Under the pieces are notes generated by a model. The model was given only the letters and a program-made list of their open reading frames with translations, had not been told where the DNA came from and did no database searches. 47,331 nucleotides of DNA, taken from the NCBI GenBank assembly GCA_027295865.1, contig JAPUKB010000054.1:1-47331 (forward strand). The letters run 5' to 3'. Shown piece by piece: positions 1-14,083 of this stretch (its first letter is position 1; each line of letters begins with the position of its first letter). The stretch comes from Nitrososphaerota archaeon. GTDB lineage: Archaea > Thermoproteota > Nitrososphaeria > Nitrososphaerales > UBA57. A program made the position numbers and the translations under genes.

Positions 1-468
1 ATAGGTCCCGTTCAACTCAACAGATTCTCTGTATGCACGTAGAATATCTGTTGAGCTCAGAAGAAGAAACCTTCTCCAGAGTTCTGGATTCTCGTTTGGG
101 AGGATCTCTATTGCGTAGAGCGGAACCAGTAGGGGGTCAGCTCGGGCTTGACGATATAATCCATTCAATCTCTTAGAATAAGCCTTCTTCTCTCTCTCAA
201 ACTGGATCTCCTTCGAACTTAACTCATCTCCCCGAACCCGCGACGAGACTCTGCTCAACTTTAGATCCTTACCGACCTTTATCCGAGCCTTGGGAGGTGT
301 CACCCCTGCTTGCTTATAGGCCTGAGCTATTCCGTCCGGGAATAGTTCATAAAACCTCTTCCGGTTTATTTTTACCTTCTTAATCAGTCGAGCAACAGAC
401 GGAATCCTCCCTCTAACCGATTCCCTCCTGATAAAATCAATAATTTTTCTTCTTATCTCATCGTGCAT
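1..468 (-). CDS. Hypothetical protein, partial (runs off window start); N-terminus resembles a DsrC/TusE-like helix-turn-helix
   Basis: Manually read ORF from ATG at 468, open to position 1 (MHDEIR...GRIPSVARLIKKVKINRKRFYELFPDGIAQAYKQAGVTPP...); absent from the ORF track because it has no stop in the window. Confidence 0.65.
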   Translation of the reverse strand, partial: MHDEIRRKIIDFIRRESVRGRIPSVARLIKKVKINRKRFYELFPDGIAQAYKQAGVTPPKARIKVGKDLKLSRVSSRVRGDELSSKEIQFEREKKAYSKRLNGLYRQARADPLLVPLYAIEILPNENPELWRRFLLLSSTDILRAYRESVELNGTY

Positions 469-512
469 AGGTTAGTTTAGGAAGCGAGGCGTGTAAGTCT
501 TAGCCGAAAAGG

Positions 513-568
513 ATTCTTATAGAATGCAGAGAATGAACTGGAATGAACCGGAATGGATGCACGCATTC
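513..568. repeat. Array of GAATG motifs with ~10-bp spacing plus inverted copies
   Basis: GAATG at 522, 531, 541, 551; inverted GCATTC at 563-568; ATTCT-tat-AGAAT palindrome at 513-525. Confidence 0.6.
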
Positions 569-603
569 CCAACAACTTTAGATCCTCAAAATAGGGCAGT
601 AGT

Positions 604-649
604 TCGCCATGCATAGTCTTTACGCTGCCGTTGGATGATCATATATCCC

Positions 650-653
<4 letters not shown>
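604..653 (-). other. 3' arm of 23S rRNA processing stem (BHB-like)
   Basis: Complementary to 3699-3744 in two 14-bp blocks (TCGCCATGCATAGT and CGTTGGATGATCAT) flanking a short bulged helix. Confidence 0.8.
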
Positions 654-3694
<3,041 letters not shown>

Positions 3695-3698
3695 TGCG

Positions 3699-3744
3699 CG
3701 TCGGATGATCATCCAACGTTCGCTTGCGCAACTATGCATGGCGA
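3699..3744 (-). other. 5' arm of 23S rRNA processing stem, in the 16S-23S spacer
   Basis: Pairs with 604-653; spacer 3695-3877 shows no recognisable tRNA. Confidence 0.8.
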
Positions 3745-3820
3745 TTATCGCGGATTTCTTCCGCTACGCCCTTCACTCTCCATGGTATTTGGAGAGTTGC
3801 ATCTACTAAACCTATTGCAG

Positions 3821-3856
3821 TCTGACGTTATCTACTCACTTCGAGTTTAGCCGCAC
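3821..3856 (-). other. 3' arm of 16S rRNA processing stem with bulge-helix-bulge motif
   Basis: RNA GUGCGGCUAAA-CUCG-AAG-U-GAGUAGAUAAC pairs with upstream GUUAUCUGCUC-C-CGAG-AUA-UUUAGCCGUAC: a 4-bp helix with two 3-nt bulges. Confidence 0.85.
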
Positions 3857-3877
3857 CCACTCCCAATCTTTCTTTCT

Positions 3878-5377
<1,500 letters not shown>

Positions 5378-5385
5378 CTAGAGTA

Positions 5386-5425
5386 GTACGGCTAAATATC
5401 TCGGGAGCAGATAACGATCGTCAGA
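5386..5425 (-). other. 5' arm of 16S rRNA processing stem (BHB)
   Basis: Complementary to 3821-3856. Confidence 0.85.
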
Positions 5426-5559
5426 TTCAATTTGCAGCGTTGAATCTCCATTTGTGTTAGCGTATCTGGAGGTCAACATTCTCATTGCATGGGCTCCGCC
5501 CTTAGCTAAAATATGACGCCGCCAAGCTATACGCGAACTCATAATGCGGGCAGAAGGTT

Positions 5560-5575
5560 GATATAAACATTCTCA
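5560..5575 (-). promoter_or_regulatory. Putative BRE/TATA promoter of the rRNA operon
   Basis: Minus strand GAGAATG-TTTATATC about 185 nt upstream of the 16S 5' end. Confidence 0.55.
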
Positions 5576-5639
5576 GGCCGTAAAGTACCACTCGATTCCG
5601 ATGGGTAGTTTCACTCGAATCCGGGAAAGGTGATTCCTA

Positions 5640-6482
5640 GTGCTTGTAGGAGCGCATATATCTATCGGTGGATCAATTGACATGGCTGTCGATCGGGCGT
5701 TAAAGCTCGGATGCAATACATTCCAAATATTTACCAGAAATCCCAGAGGATGGCAGCAGAGCCCCTTGACCGAGGAATCGATTCAACTTTTTCGCAAGAA
5801 ACTCTCTTCTTCGAATCTGATGCTTCCTCTGATTCACATGCCATACCTTCCGAACATCGCATCTCCAGTTGATCAGACCTACAATCGTTCAGTTGAGGTC
5901 CTTACAGAGGAATTAAGGCGAAGTTCTCTGCTGGCCGTACCTTACGTCGTCACTCATGTGGGAAGTCACCTGGGGAGTGGGATCAAGCGAGGTATGGCGC
6001 GAGTTGTCGACGCTTGCAACAAAGCACTTGAACTGTCAGGCGGAAGTTCCACAATCCTTCTCGAGAATACAGCCGGAACTAGAAACAGTGTTGGATCAAC
6101 ATTCGAACACCTAAGTGAAATGATCCGAAGAATCAAACCACAGGAAAGGATTGGAATATGCCTCGATACATGCCATGCATTTGCTGCAGGATATGACCTT
6201 CGAACTGTATATGACGTCCGGCACACGCTCGAACTTTTACATAGTATCATCGGGATAGACTTTCTCAAGGCGGTGCACGTTAATGACTCGAAAGGATCCC
6301 TGGGAGAAGGTTTGGATAGGCATGAGCATCTCGGAATGGGCCAAATTGGTGAGGGTGGATTACGAGCCTTTTTGAACCAGAAGCCTATCACAAAAGTCCC
6401 AACAATTATCGAAACCCCTATCGATGGGCGGAGAGATGACGTTGGAAACCTTAAGAAGCTTAGGGAGCTGGTCCAAAATTGA
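5640..6482 (+). CDS. nfo: Endonuclease IV (AP endonuclease family 2)
   Basis: GAHIS, QIFTRNPRGW, HMPYLPN, LENTAG, CLDTCH, HVNDS, DRHEH, IETP motifs. Confidence 0.96.
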   Translation: MLVGAHISIGGSIDMAVDRALKLGCNTFQIFTRNPRGWQQSPLTEESIQLFRKKLSSSNLMLPLIHMPYLPNIASPVDQTYNRSVEVLTEELRRSSLLAVPYVVTHVGSHLGSGIKRGMARVVDACNKALELSGGSSTILLENTAGTRNSVGSTFEHLSEMIRRIKPQERIGICLDTCHAFAAGYDLRTVYDVRHTLELLHSIIGIDFLKAVHVNDSKGSLGEGLDRHEHLGMGQIGEGGLRAFLNQKPITKVPTIIETPIDGRRDDVGNLKKLRELVQN

Positions 6483-6554
6483 TCCGTTACCCCGGTTCTT
6501 CTACCGAATCGTTAATATCTATCTGAATCCCAAAATTGTACTGAAAGGCTAAAA

Positions 6555-6824
6555 ATGGCTGGCTTGCCAAGATTCAGAATTGATGTTTTCATCACAAACA
6601 AGCCGGCAATTCGTGATCCGGAAGGCGAAAGCATTCTGGAAGATTTGGCAATTCTCAACGGATTCGAGTCCGTGAAATCTATAAGAACCGGAAAGGTTCT
6701 CGCCATGGAGATAGAGGCAGAGAATGTCGAGATTGCAAAAAGCAAAGTTATTGAAATGTGTGACTCGCTTCGTCTCTACAACCCTGTCGTGAGTTCGTGT
6801 TCTGTTCGGGTAGCAGGTGGATAA
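6555..6824 (+). CDS. purS: FGAM synthase subunit PurS
   Basis: DPEGE and LYNPVV motifs; directly upstream of purQ. Confidence 0.95.
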   Translation: MAGLPRFRIDVFITNKPAIRDPEGESILEDLAILNGFESVKSIRTGKVLAMEIEAENVEIAKSKVIEMCDSLRLYNPVVSSCSVRVAGG

Positions 6825-7539
6825 ACTGAAGGTTGCAATAGTCCAGTTTCCTGGAACTAATTGTGACCGAGACACGTACCATATATTGAATGACGTGCTG
6901 AAAGCCGATGTACAAGTCATCTGGCATGAAGATCTAAGAATGGATGCTTTCGATTCTGCCGTAATCCCGGGGGGGTTCTCATATGGTGATAACCTTAGAG
7001 CTGGTGTAATTGCCGCCTATAGTCCTGCATTAGGCCAGTTGAGAAAAGCAGGTGAGGATGGAAAACCCATTCTGGGGATTTGCAACGGATTCCAAATCCT
7101 GGTTGAATCTGGACTTCTGCCCGGAGCTCTGCTGAGAAACTCAGGTCTCAGATTTGTTTGTCGATGGGTAAACGTTAGAGTAGAGGCGGGGAACAGCTTG
7201 TTCACCAAGTTCTCAGAGAATGGAACTATTCTCAAGATGCCAATAGCCCACAATGAGGGAAGATATTACGCCGAGGACGATTTACTAGCGTCCCTGGAGA
7301 GGAACGGACAGATCATTTTCAAATACGTCGATGAGGGTGGTCAGCCTTCTGAGCCTTCGAATCCGAACGGCTCGGTCTCTAACATAGCCGGTGTTTCGAA
7401 CCATGATGGGAACATAGTTGGTCTCATGCCACACCCCGAGAGGGCATCTGAATCACTCTTGAGCCCTTTCAGAACCACTCATGGCCTCCAAATCTTTACA
7501 TCAATGCTACGTTCCGTGGAAGTCCTTCTTAAGAGGTGA
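6817..7539 (+). CDS. purQ: FGAM synthase glutaminase subunit PurQ
   Basis: FPGTNCD, GGFSYGD, GICNGFQ, MPHPER. Confidence 0.97.
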   Translation: MDKLKVAIVQFPGTNCDRDTYHILNDVLKADVQVIWHEDLRMDAFDSAVIPGGFSYGDNLRAGVIAAYSPALGQLRKAGEDGKPILGICNGFQILVESGLLPGALLRNSGLRFVCRWVNVRVEAGNSLFTKFSENGTILKMPIAHNEGRYYAEDDLLASLERNGQIIFKYVDEGGQPSEPSNPNGSVSNIAGVSNHDGNIVGLMPHPERASESLLSPFRTTHGLQIFTSMLRSVEVLLKR

Positions 7540-7543
7540 GCTC

Positions 7544-9748
7544 ATGGTGCAAAAAATGATATTCTCTTTGACGAGAAACGAACTGCTAGCCATAGAGAAT
7601 GGCATGAAGAGGGAGCCGAACGATGTCGAGCTCGCCATATTCGACGCTCAGTGGTCAGAACATTGCAGCTACAAATCATCTCGAACACTGCTCTCTTTGC
7701 TTCCGACTAGGGGAAAGAGAGTTATCCTTGGTCCAGGGTATGACGCCGGCATCCTCGACATCGACAATAATCAGATCATCACAATTCACATAGAAAGTCA
7801 TAACCACCCGTCGGCAATCGATCCGTACGGAGGAGCCGCTACTGGAGTTGGCGGAGTTCTGCGTGATATCCTTGGCGTAGGAACAAGACCCATAGCAATA
7901 CTTGATTCTCTGCGGTTCGGTGACATAGAGAAAAGTTCACACTCTAGGTGGCTCTTCAAGAATGTTGTTAGAGGCATTGCAGATTATGGGAACTGTGTCG
8001 GAGTCCCGACAATCGGAGGAGAAGTCGAATTTGACGAGAGCTATGAAAGGAATTGCCTTGTCGACGTTGTCTGCCTAGGTCTCGGGAGGAGGAAAGAGGT
8101 TGTTCTAGCCGAGGCGTCACACCCCGGTGATATCTTGATACTCGTTGGAGGAAGGACTGGACGAGATGGAATTCATGGTTCATCTTTTGCCTCAAGAGAT
8201 CTAGCATCAGGCTCTGATGAAAGGTCTGCCGTTCAGATACCTGATCCTCTGACGAAGAAGATCATCCTTGAAGCCACACTCAAAGCTCACTCTAACGGTT
8301 ACGTAAGAGGACTCAAAGACCTAGGGGGAGGAGGCTTGGCATGCGCACTATTGGAGATTGCGGATAAGGGTCGTTCTGGATTGGACGTCGACCTCTCAAG
8401 GATTCACGTTAGAGAGGATGGAATGAGTCCTGCTGAGATCCTTATCTCTGAGTCTCAAGAGAGAATGCTTTTCGTAGTCAAGGATGAGTTTAAAGGCGAG
8501 GTCTCCGCGATATTCCGCAGGTATCATATACAATACTCCATTATCGGCAAAGTTACAGGTTCAAGGAGACTTGTCGTTAGGGTTAATGAAGCTAAAGTGG
8601 CTGACGTACCAGTGGATCTTGCCGCACGTGCACCACTCCAACTCTGGCCTTCAAAGCGGCCCAAATATCTTGATTCAGAAGGAAGTATAGAAAAGCCCCC
8701 TCTTCCCAGGAATATTAACGAGACCGTTATCAGGGTTATCTCATCTCCTAACCTCGCTAGCAAGAAATGGGTCTACGAGCAATTTGACTACGATGTCGGC
8801 CTTCACACGGTCCTCAAGCCCGGGGATTCGGGGGCCTCGGTTCTTCGAATAACTAATGACAAATTTATCGCAATTTCCTTGGATGGAAGGCCGAACCATT
8901 GCTATCGGAACCCGAGGCAGGGAGCGATGAGCACTGTCGCCGAGGCGGCTAGAAATACCATTGCGGTCGGTGCCGAACCGATAGCGTTGGTCGACCACCT
9001 ACAGTTTGGAAACCCGAGCGATCCCGAAGTTTTCTGGACATTGTCGGAAAGCATCAAGGGCATAGCCGCTTACTGCAGATTCTTTGATCTCCCATGCGTG
9101 GGAGGGAAAGTGAGTTTCTATAATGAAGACGCGGATACAAATAGAGCAATTAAACCAACCCCAGTCATTGCAGTCCTCGGGCTCTTGAAGGGGGCACGTC
9201 AGATTAGATCTCGAAAACTCACTCGAAACGGGCGCATGATTGTTCTAGTTGGACTGACCGAAAATGAGCTAGGAGGTTCAGAATACTACCGGTACATCCA
9301 CGAAATCTCAGGTGGAATTCCTCCCAAGCTAGATTTCGATAGAGAACGGGGAGCTCAAAGGCTTGTTGGTGACGCAGTGAGAGTTGGGCTACTCGATGCG
9401 ATCGATGATTGTTCGTCAGGAGGGCTTATTGCGGCAATATCGAAGATGTGCATCGCAGGGCGCATAGGAGCCCACATCGAACTTGAGAAGATACTCTCAG
9501 ATTGCAAGAGATGGGACGATCTACTCTTTTCCGAGTCACAATCTAGATTTGTGGTCACATTGGATCCTGACAATTATCAGGGTCTTGCAAACATTGCCAA
9601 GAATCATCAAATACCATGTTCGGTAATTGGGAATGTTGAGGGGAACAAACTTATGCTTACCAACAACGGTGACGAGATCTTCTCCGAGGACGTTTACACC
9701 CTAGAAAAAACATCGAACGATAAGATTCCTTCCATAATGGGACATTGA
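7544..9748 (+). CDS. purL: FGAM synthase subunit PurL
   Basis: WSEHCSYKSS, ESHNHPS, SESQERM; start set at ATG 7544 after SD GAGGTGA. Confidence 0.97.
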   Translation: MVQKMIFSLTRNELLAIENGMKREPNDVELAIFDAQWSEHCSYKSSRTLLSLLPTRGKRVILGPGYDAGILDIDNNQIITIHIESHNHPSAIDPYGGAATGVGGVLRDILGVGTRPIAILDSLRFGDIEKSSHSRWLFKNVVRGIADYGNCVGVPTIGGEVEFDESYERNCLVDVVCLGLGRRKEVVLAEASHPGDILILVGGRTGRDGIHGSSFASRDLASGSDERSAVQIPDPLTKKIILEATLKAHSNGYVRGLKDLGGGGLACALLEIADKGRSGLDVDLSRIHVREDGMSPAEILISESQERMLFVVKDEFKGEVSAIFRRYHIQYSIIGKVTGSRRLVVRVNEAKVADVPVDLAARAPLQLWPSKRPKYLDSEGSIEKPPLPRNINETVIRVISSPNLASKKWVYEQFDYDVGLHTVLKPGDSGASVLRITNDKFIAISLDGRPNHCYRNPRQGAMSTVAEAARNTIAVGAEPIALVDHLQFGNPSDPEVFWTLSESIKGIAAYCRFFDLPCVGGKVSFYNEDADTNRAIKPTPVIAVLGLLKGARQIRSRKLTRNGRMIVLVGLTENELGGSEYYRYIHEISGGIPPKLDFDRERGAQRLVGDAVRVGLLDAIDDCSSGGLIAAISKMCIAGRIGAHIELEKILSDCKRWDDLLFSESQSRFVVTLDPDNYQGLANIAKNHQIPCSVIGNVEGNKLMLTNNGDEIFSEDVYTLEKTSNDKIPSIMGH

Positions 9749-9750
9749 AG

Positions 9751-11154
9751 ATGAAAGAGAAGTGTGGGCTCTTCGCCGCTTATTCCCAAAAGGAAGTAGA
9801 CGTCGTTCCAAATGTTGTGATGGGCCTTCGTGCATTGCAGCACAGGGGGCAAGAAGCATGGGGTCTTGCAATCCCTAATGCCAAACCTTTCAAACGAAGA
9901 GGATTGGTCACTGACAATCTAGAAGAGTCACTCCCTGCGGTGGATAGGATGCCAAGCAAACTAGCGATAGGACATGTACGTTATTCGACTGTGGGTGGAA
10001 CATCACTCAAGTTGGCTCAACCCCTCCAGATTGACCGGAAGTTTTCAATAGCCCATAACGGTACGATTTGCGAACTGGACTCACTCACCAAAAAGGTAAA
10101 TGAAGATTTCACTCTCCCTACGAACTGTGGCGATACCATGGCCGCTGGTTATAGACTACTTCAGCTATTGCAGGCTTACAATTGGGATTGGTACCGCTCG
10201 ATAGAATCACTCGCCAAAGAACTGATTGGAGCGTATTGCTTTCTAGTAATAGATAACGAGGGAAAGATATTCGCATTTAGGGATCCAAAGGGCTTCAGAC
10301 CACTCTGTATTGGTTGGCATCAGCGTAGCAAGTCGTACCTCATCGCCTCAGAGAGCTGCGCGTTTGAGGTTATGGGTGCTGAGCTAGTTAGAGATGTCTC
10401 CCCGGGAGAGATCGTGTGCCTTAGTCGAAGTGGGATGGACACTAAAACCTTTCAGCGGCGGGAGAGATCGGCTCATTGCGCTTTTGAGTATACCTACTTT
10501 GCGCATCCGAGCTCAGTTATTGACGGTATCAGTGTGTATGAGTCGAGAAAAAGACTCGGGATGAAGCTGGCAGACCTGTACAAAGATGTGAAAGGAGACA
10601 TAATCATTCCGGTTCCTGATTCTGCCCGACCTGCTGCAATGGGGTTTTCCGAGAGATCAGGAATTCCGTTGGCGGAGGGATTAATGAAAGATCGTTATGG
10701 AAGAAGGGGTGGGCTTAGGAGCTTCATACAACCCAGGGTAAAAGACAGAGTAGAAATTAATCACTGGGTCCTCCCTGTCAGGGTAGCGGTTGAGGGTAAG
10801 AATGTTATTGTAATTGATGACAGTATCGTACGAGGCACCAGCTCCAAAACCATCATAAAAACACTCAGAGATGCAGGAGCCAAGAGTGTGAAGATGTTTG
10901 TGACGTTTCCTCCCGTGACAAGTCCATGTAAGGCTGGGATCGACTTTCCCACACACAAAGAGTTGATTGCATACAGGACTTCTGGAAAACATGCTGATAT
11001 CAAGAAAGTTAACGAGTTGGTCGGGAGAGAAATCGGAGCAGACTCTTTCGGGTATAACGACGTGAAATCGCTATCAGACGGTATCGGTCTGGACGAAAAG
11101 CGGTTATGTCTATCGTGTCATACGGGGGATTATTCCGTTTTAGGGCTATCATGA
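9751..11154 (+). CDS. purF: Amidophosphoribosyltransferase
   Basis: MKEK-CG N-terminal nucleophile, LQHRGQ, GHVRYST, HNG, DDSIVRGT, four Fe-S cysteines; alternative TTG start at 9745. Confidence 0.96.
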   Translation: MKEKCGLFAAYSQKEVDVVPNVVMGLRALQHRGQEAWGLAIPNAKPFKRRGLVTDNLEESLPAVDRMPSKLAIGHVRYSTVGGTSLKLAQPLQIDRKFSIAHNGTICELDSLTKKVNEDFTLPTNCGDTMAAGYRLLQLLQAYNWDWYRSIESLAKELIGAYCFLVIDNEGKIFAFRDPKGFRPLCIGWHQRSKSYLIASESCAFEVMGAELVRDVSPGEIVCLSRSGMDTKTFQRRERSAHCAFEYTYFAHPSSVIDGISVYESRKRLGMKLADLYKDVKGDIIIPVPDSARPAAMGFSERSGIPLAEGLMKDRYGRRGGLRSFIQPRVKDRVEINHWVLPVRVAVEGKNVIVIDDSIVRGTSSKTIIKTLRDAGAKSVKMFVTFPPVTSPCKAGIDFPTHKELIAYRTSGKHADIKKVNELVGREIGADSFGYNDVKSLSDGIGLDEKRLCLSCHTGDYSVLGLS

Positions 11155-11178
11155 ATTAGTGGTCGGGGAAGATCGAAA

Positions 11179-12492
11179 CTGCCTGGACTAATAGGCGTAT
11201 ACCCATTCGGCGAAGGAAGGGAAAATTGGGATGCATCACGGTTTCTCTATTATGGACTTTCAGCACTACAGGGGAGGGGCGAGGCGTGTTCGTCAGTTGC
11301 TATTCTGACCGAGGACGGACTAAGGGTAGAAACCACTGACGGCTCGGTCGAGAGGTTATTCGAGCGAGATGTCGCCAAAGGTTTCCTCGGGATCGGCCAG
11401 GTTTCTCCGATCCAGGGTGACTCTATAGTGTCTATTGATGACCCGATAGAGCTGGTCCTCGCGGGTGATGGAAAACCGCTTCTGCATGCTGACAAGAGGG
11501 AGTCATTTAGAATATTCGCTCAGAGGCTTTCTGAAAGCATTTCTAATTCGAAGAGTACTAATGACCACATTGGAGCTGTCTCCGCCCTGCTCAATGAGAC
11601 CGGAGGAGGTTTCTCCTTCTTGGCGCTAACAAAAGATCAGGAGGTGTTCTGTGCAAGGGACAGAATGGGAGTAAAACCCCTGGAAGTGGGATCAATCGGA
11701 TTCGACATGGGGATTCTCTCATCTGAGACCGGCGCTCTGGATGTTGTTGGAGCGAATCATACGGGGTCTGTCAAGCCCGGTGAGGTGGTCCTCCTTGATC
11801 CTTTCAGCATTTCTAGAAAGATGCTAAAGACCTCAAGAATTGCCCATTGCGCTTTCGAGTACGTATACCTCGCTAGACTCGATTCCCTCATGGAAAATAG
11901 ATCAATAAACGACGTAAGGGAAAGAATCGGAGAGGTCATCGCAGACGAGTCCCCACCAATCGATGTTCAAGAGGCGGTGGTGATCGGTGTTCCAGAAACA
12001 GCTATCCCGTTTGCAATATCATATTCCAGACGAAAAAATATTCCGATGAGAATGGGATTCGTTAGAACGGGTCGTCACACAAGAACAGCTCTCAAGACTA
12101 ACCAATTTGAAAGAGTTGCGGGCGTTCAACTCAAACTCAATCCGATCAAATCTTCGATCCGCGGAAAAGAGACGATACTAATTGATGACAGCGTCGTGAG
12201 GGGTAACACTTTGAAGAATACGGTCCTAAACCTCAAGAGAAAAGGGGCTACTAAAGTTCATGTCAGGGTCGGGAGTCCAGCCTTGATTGCGGGATGTCCA
12301 TATGGAGTGGAGGTCCCTCCAAGAGACGAACTCATCGGCCGTAATGTTTCGGAAGAAGAAATTGCCGATATCATTGGGGCTGACAGCTTCGCATATATTT
12401 CCACAGAAGGCTTGGGTCGAGCAATTGGAATCCCGGGGGAGAAGCTCTGCATGGGCTGTTTCACTGGGAAATATCCGGAGAAAATAGAATAG
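11179..12492 (+). CDS. purF: Second amidophosphoribosyltransferase paralog lacking catalytic Cys1 (PurF-2); probable CTG start
   Basis: Frame open upstream of 11428: (L/M)PGLIGVY...YYGLSALQGRG aligns with the PurF N-terminus; CAFEYVY, DDSVVRGNT and CMGCF retained. Confidence 0.88.
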   Translation: MPGLIGVYPFGEGRENWDASRFLYYGLSALQGRGEACSSVAILTEDGLRVETTDGSVERLFERDVAKGFLGIGQVSPIQGDSIVSIDDPIELVLAGDGKPLLHADKRESFRIFAQRLSESISNSKSTNDHIGAVSALLNETGGGFSFLALTKDQEVFCARDRMGVKPLEVGSIGFDMGILSSETGALDVVGANHTGSVKPGEVVLLDPFSISRKMLKTSRIAHCAFEYVYLARLDSLMENRSINDVRERIGEVIADESPPIDVQEAVVIGVPETAIPFAISYSRRKNIPMRMGFVRTGRHTRTALKTNQFERVAGVQLKLNPIKSSIRGKETILIDDSVVRGNTLKNTVLNLKRKGATKVHVRVGSPALIAGCPYGVEVPPRDELIGRNVSEEEIADIIGADSFAYISTEGLGRAIGIPGEKLCMGCFTGKYPEKIE

Positions 12493-12493
12493 A

Positions 12494-14020
12494 ATGAGGA
12501 TCCTCGGGGTTGGGAATGCTGCAAGAGAACATGCAATCGCAGAGAAGCTCAGCATGAGTAGACACGAACCAAAAATCTATTGGGTCGGAGACTACCTGAA
12601 TCCAGGTATTGACAAAATCTGCAAGAGTACCAAGGGAGATTACGCGCTCGCCGATCCAACGAGCCCTACAAAGGTGTTAGAATGGGCGACCAAATGGCGA
12701 GTAGATTTCGTCTTTATCGGTCCAGAAGAGCCTAACTTTCATGGAGTACCTGACGTCTTAAGGAAGAACGGCGTTCCTTGCATCGGAGCTACTAGAAGCG
12801 CATCGATGATTGAAATGTCGAAGGCAGCGTTGCGAAGGCTCCAGTGGAAGCACGACCTTAGAGGAAAACTTCTCTTCAAGACATTTGCGACTGCTGAACA
12901 AGCGCGCGAGACTCTTGAGAAATATTCTGACACCTTAACTTGGATGCAGAATGTAGCTCTCAAACCCGCGCGACAAGCTGGTGGGAGAGGAGTGAAAGTA
13001 ATAGATGATAGGCAATTATACCTTCACGACGAAAAACAGAAATTCAAGACAAGCCACTTTGGCTGGCTCGAGAATTATATGAAATCATACTCCGATATCG
13101 AAGATAAGATCTTGATTGAGGAGAATGTTTGGGGACCTGAGTACACTTTACAGTGTTTTACAGACGGTAGAAACGTGATAGGTATGCCCTTGGTACAGGA
13201 TAACAAGAATGCTCATGAATTTGACATAGGGACAGAGACCGGCGGTATGGGATCAATATCTGGGCCTAAGAAGACCCTCCCTTTCATTACCGAAGAGGAG
13301 TATCAGGAATCACTCGAAATAGTCAAGGGGATCGTCAGAGCGATCCAGGCCACAACTGGAGAGGACTACATGGGTATTGTCGCCGGGCAGATGATGCTAA
13401 CCGAAGTCGAGGGGCCTACGATAATTGAAATGTACTCTCGACTCGGAGATCCAGAAGCACTCAACGTCCTGGCAATGCTTGACAGTGATCTCGTCGATAT
13501 ATGCCTTGCAATTCTGAGCCGAAACTTGAAGGAGTCGGATGTTAAGTTCAACCAGAAAGCCACAGTTGTCAAGGCATTAGCTCCGAAAGGATACCCCGCC
13601 CCACGAAATCTCGCTACGGGCCATCCGATCTTGGCAGATGAGGATCAAATCTTAAAGAATGACGCAAGATTATTTTGGGCGTCTGCCCAGCGAATGGAAG
13701 ATGGTGAAATCGTTACCCTGGGTTCTCGAGCTCTAGAGATACTTGCCCAGGCGAGAGACCATCCCTCGGCAAGTGCTATCGTCGAGCGTGCAATAAGCCA
13801 GGTGAAGTTCAAAGATGGATGGGGGGCCTTCCATAGAAGTGACATCGGAACCGCTGAACTTATCGAGCGAAGGACGGAGTTGGCAAGTAGGGCGAGAAAC
13901 CTTTACCGACAAAGACGGGCCAAGGGAACTTTGAGCAGGCGTAGAGATTGGCTCCCCAAGGTCGGAATAATAGATCCGGCAAAGACTTTGCGCGAAGAGA
14001 TTGCTGGACTTGGGGATTAG
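12494..14020 (+). CDS. purD: Phosphoribosylamine-glycine ligase (long form with C-terminal extension)
   Basis: AREHAI, IGPEEP, AGGRGV, TGGMGS, RLGDPE, HRSDIG. Confidence 0.95.
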   Translation: MRILGVGNAAREHAIAEKLSMSRHEPKIYWVGDYLNPGIDKICKSTKGDYALADPTSPTKVLEWATKWRVDFVFIGPEEPNFHGVPDVLRKNGVPCIGATRSASMIEMSKAALRRLQWKHDLRGKLLFKTFATAEQARETLEKYSDTLTWMQNVALKPARQAGGRGVKVIDDRQLYLHDEKQKFKTSHFGWLENYMKSYSDIEDKILIEENVWGPEYTLQCFTDGRNVIGMPLVQDNKNAHEFDIGTETGGMGSISGPKKTLPFITEEEYQESLEIVKGIVRAIQATTGEDYMGIVAGQMMLTEVEGPTIIEMYSRLGDPEALNVLAMLDSDLVDICLAILSRNLKESDVKFNQKATVVKALAPKGYPAPRNLATGHPILADEDQILKNDARLFWASAQRMEDGEIVTLGSRALEILAQARDHPSASAIVERAISQVKFKDGWGAFHRSDIGTAELIERRTELASRARNLYRQRRAKGTLSRRRDWLPKVGIIDPAKTLREEIAGLGD

Positions 14021-14033
14021 TTGCTGAACGCAT

Positions 14034-14083
14034 GTGAGCTAGTCTTCCTAGCAAGACACCCAAGTGAGGTAGTATTCTTAGCA
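14034..14083 (+). repeat. Imperfect 20-bp direct repeat (2 copies, 30-bp period) between purD and purC
   Basis: GTGAGCTAGTCTTCCTAGCA (14034) vs GTGAGGTAGTATTCTTAGCA (14064), 17/20 identical. Confidence 0.7.

Noticed and set aside
3695-3877. tRNA-Ala in the rRNA spacer
   Set aside because: No cloverleaf or TTCGA T-arm in tRNA context; the spacer is explained by processing stems
11151-11428. purF-2 as a frameshifted or truncated pseudogene
   Set aside because: The frame is open from 11155 with PurF-like sequence; no frameshift is needed
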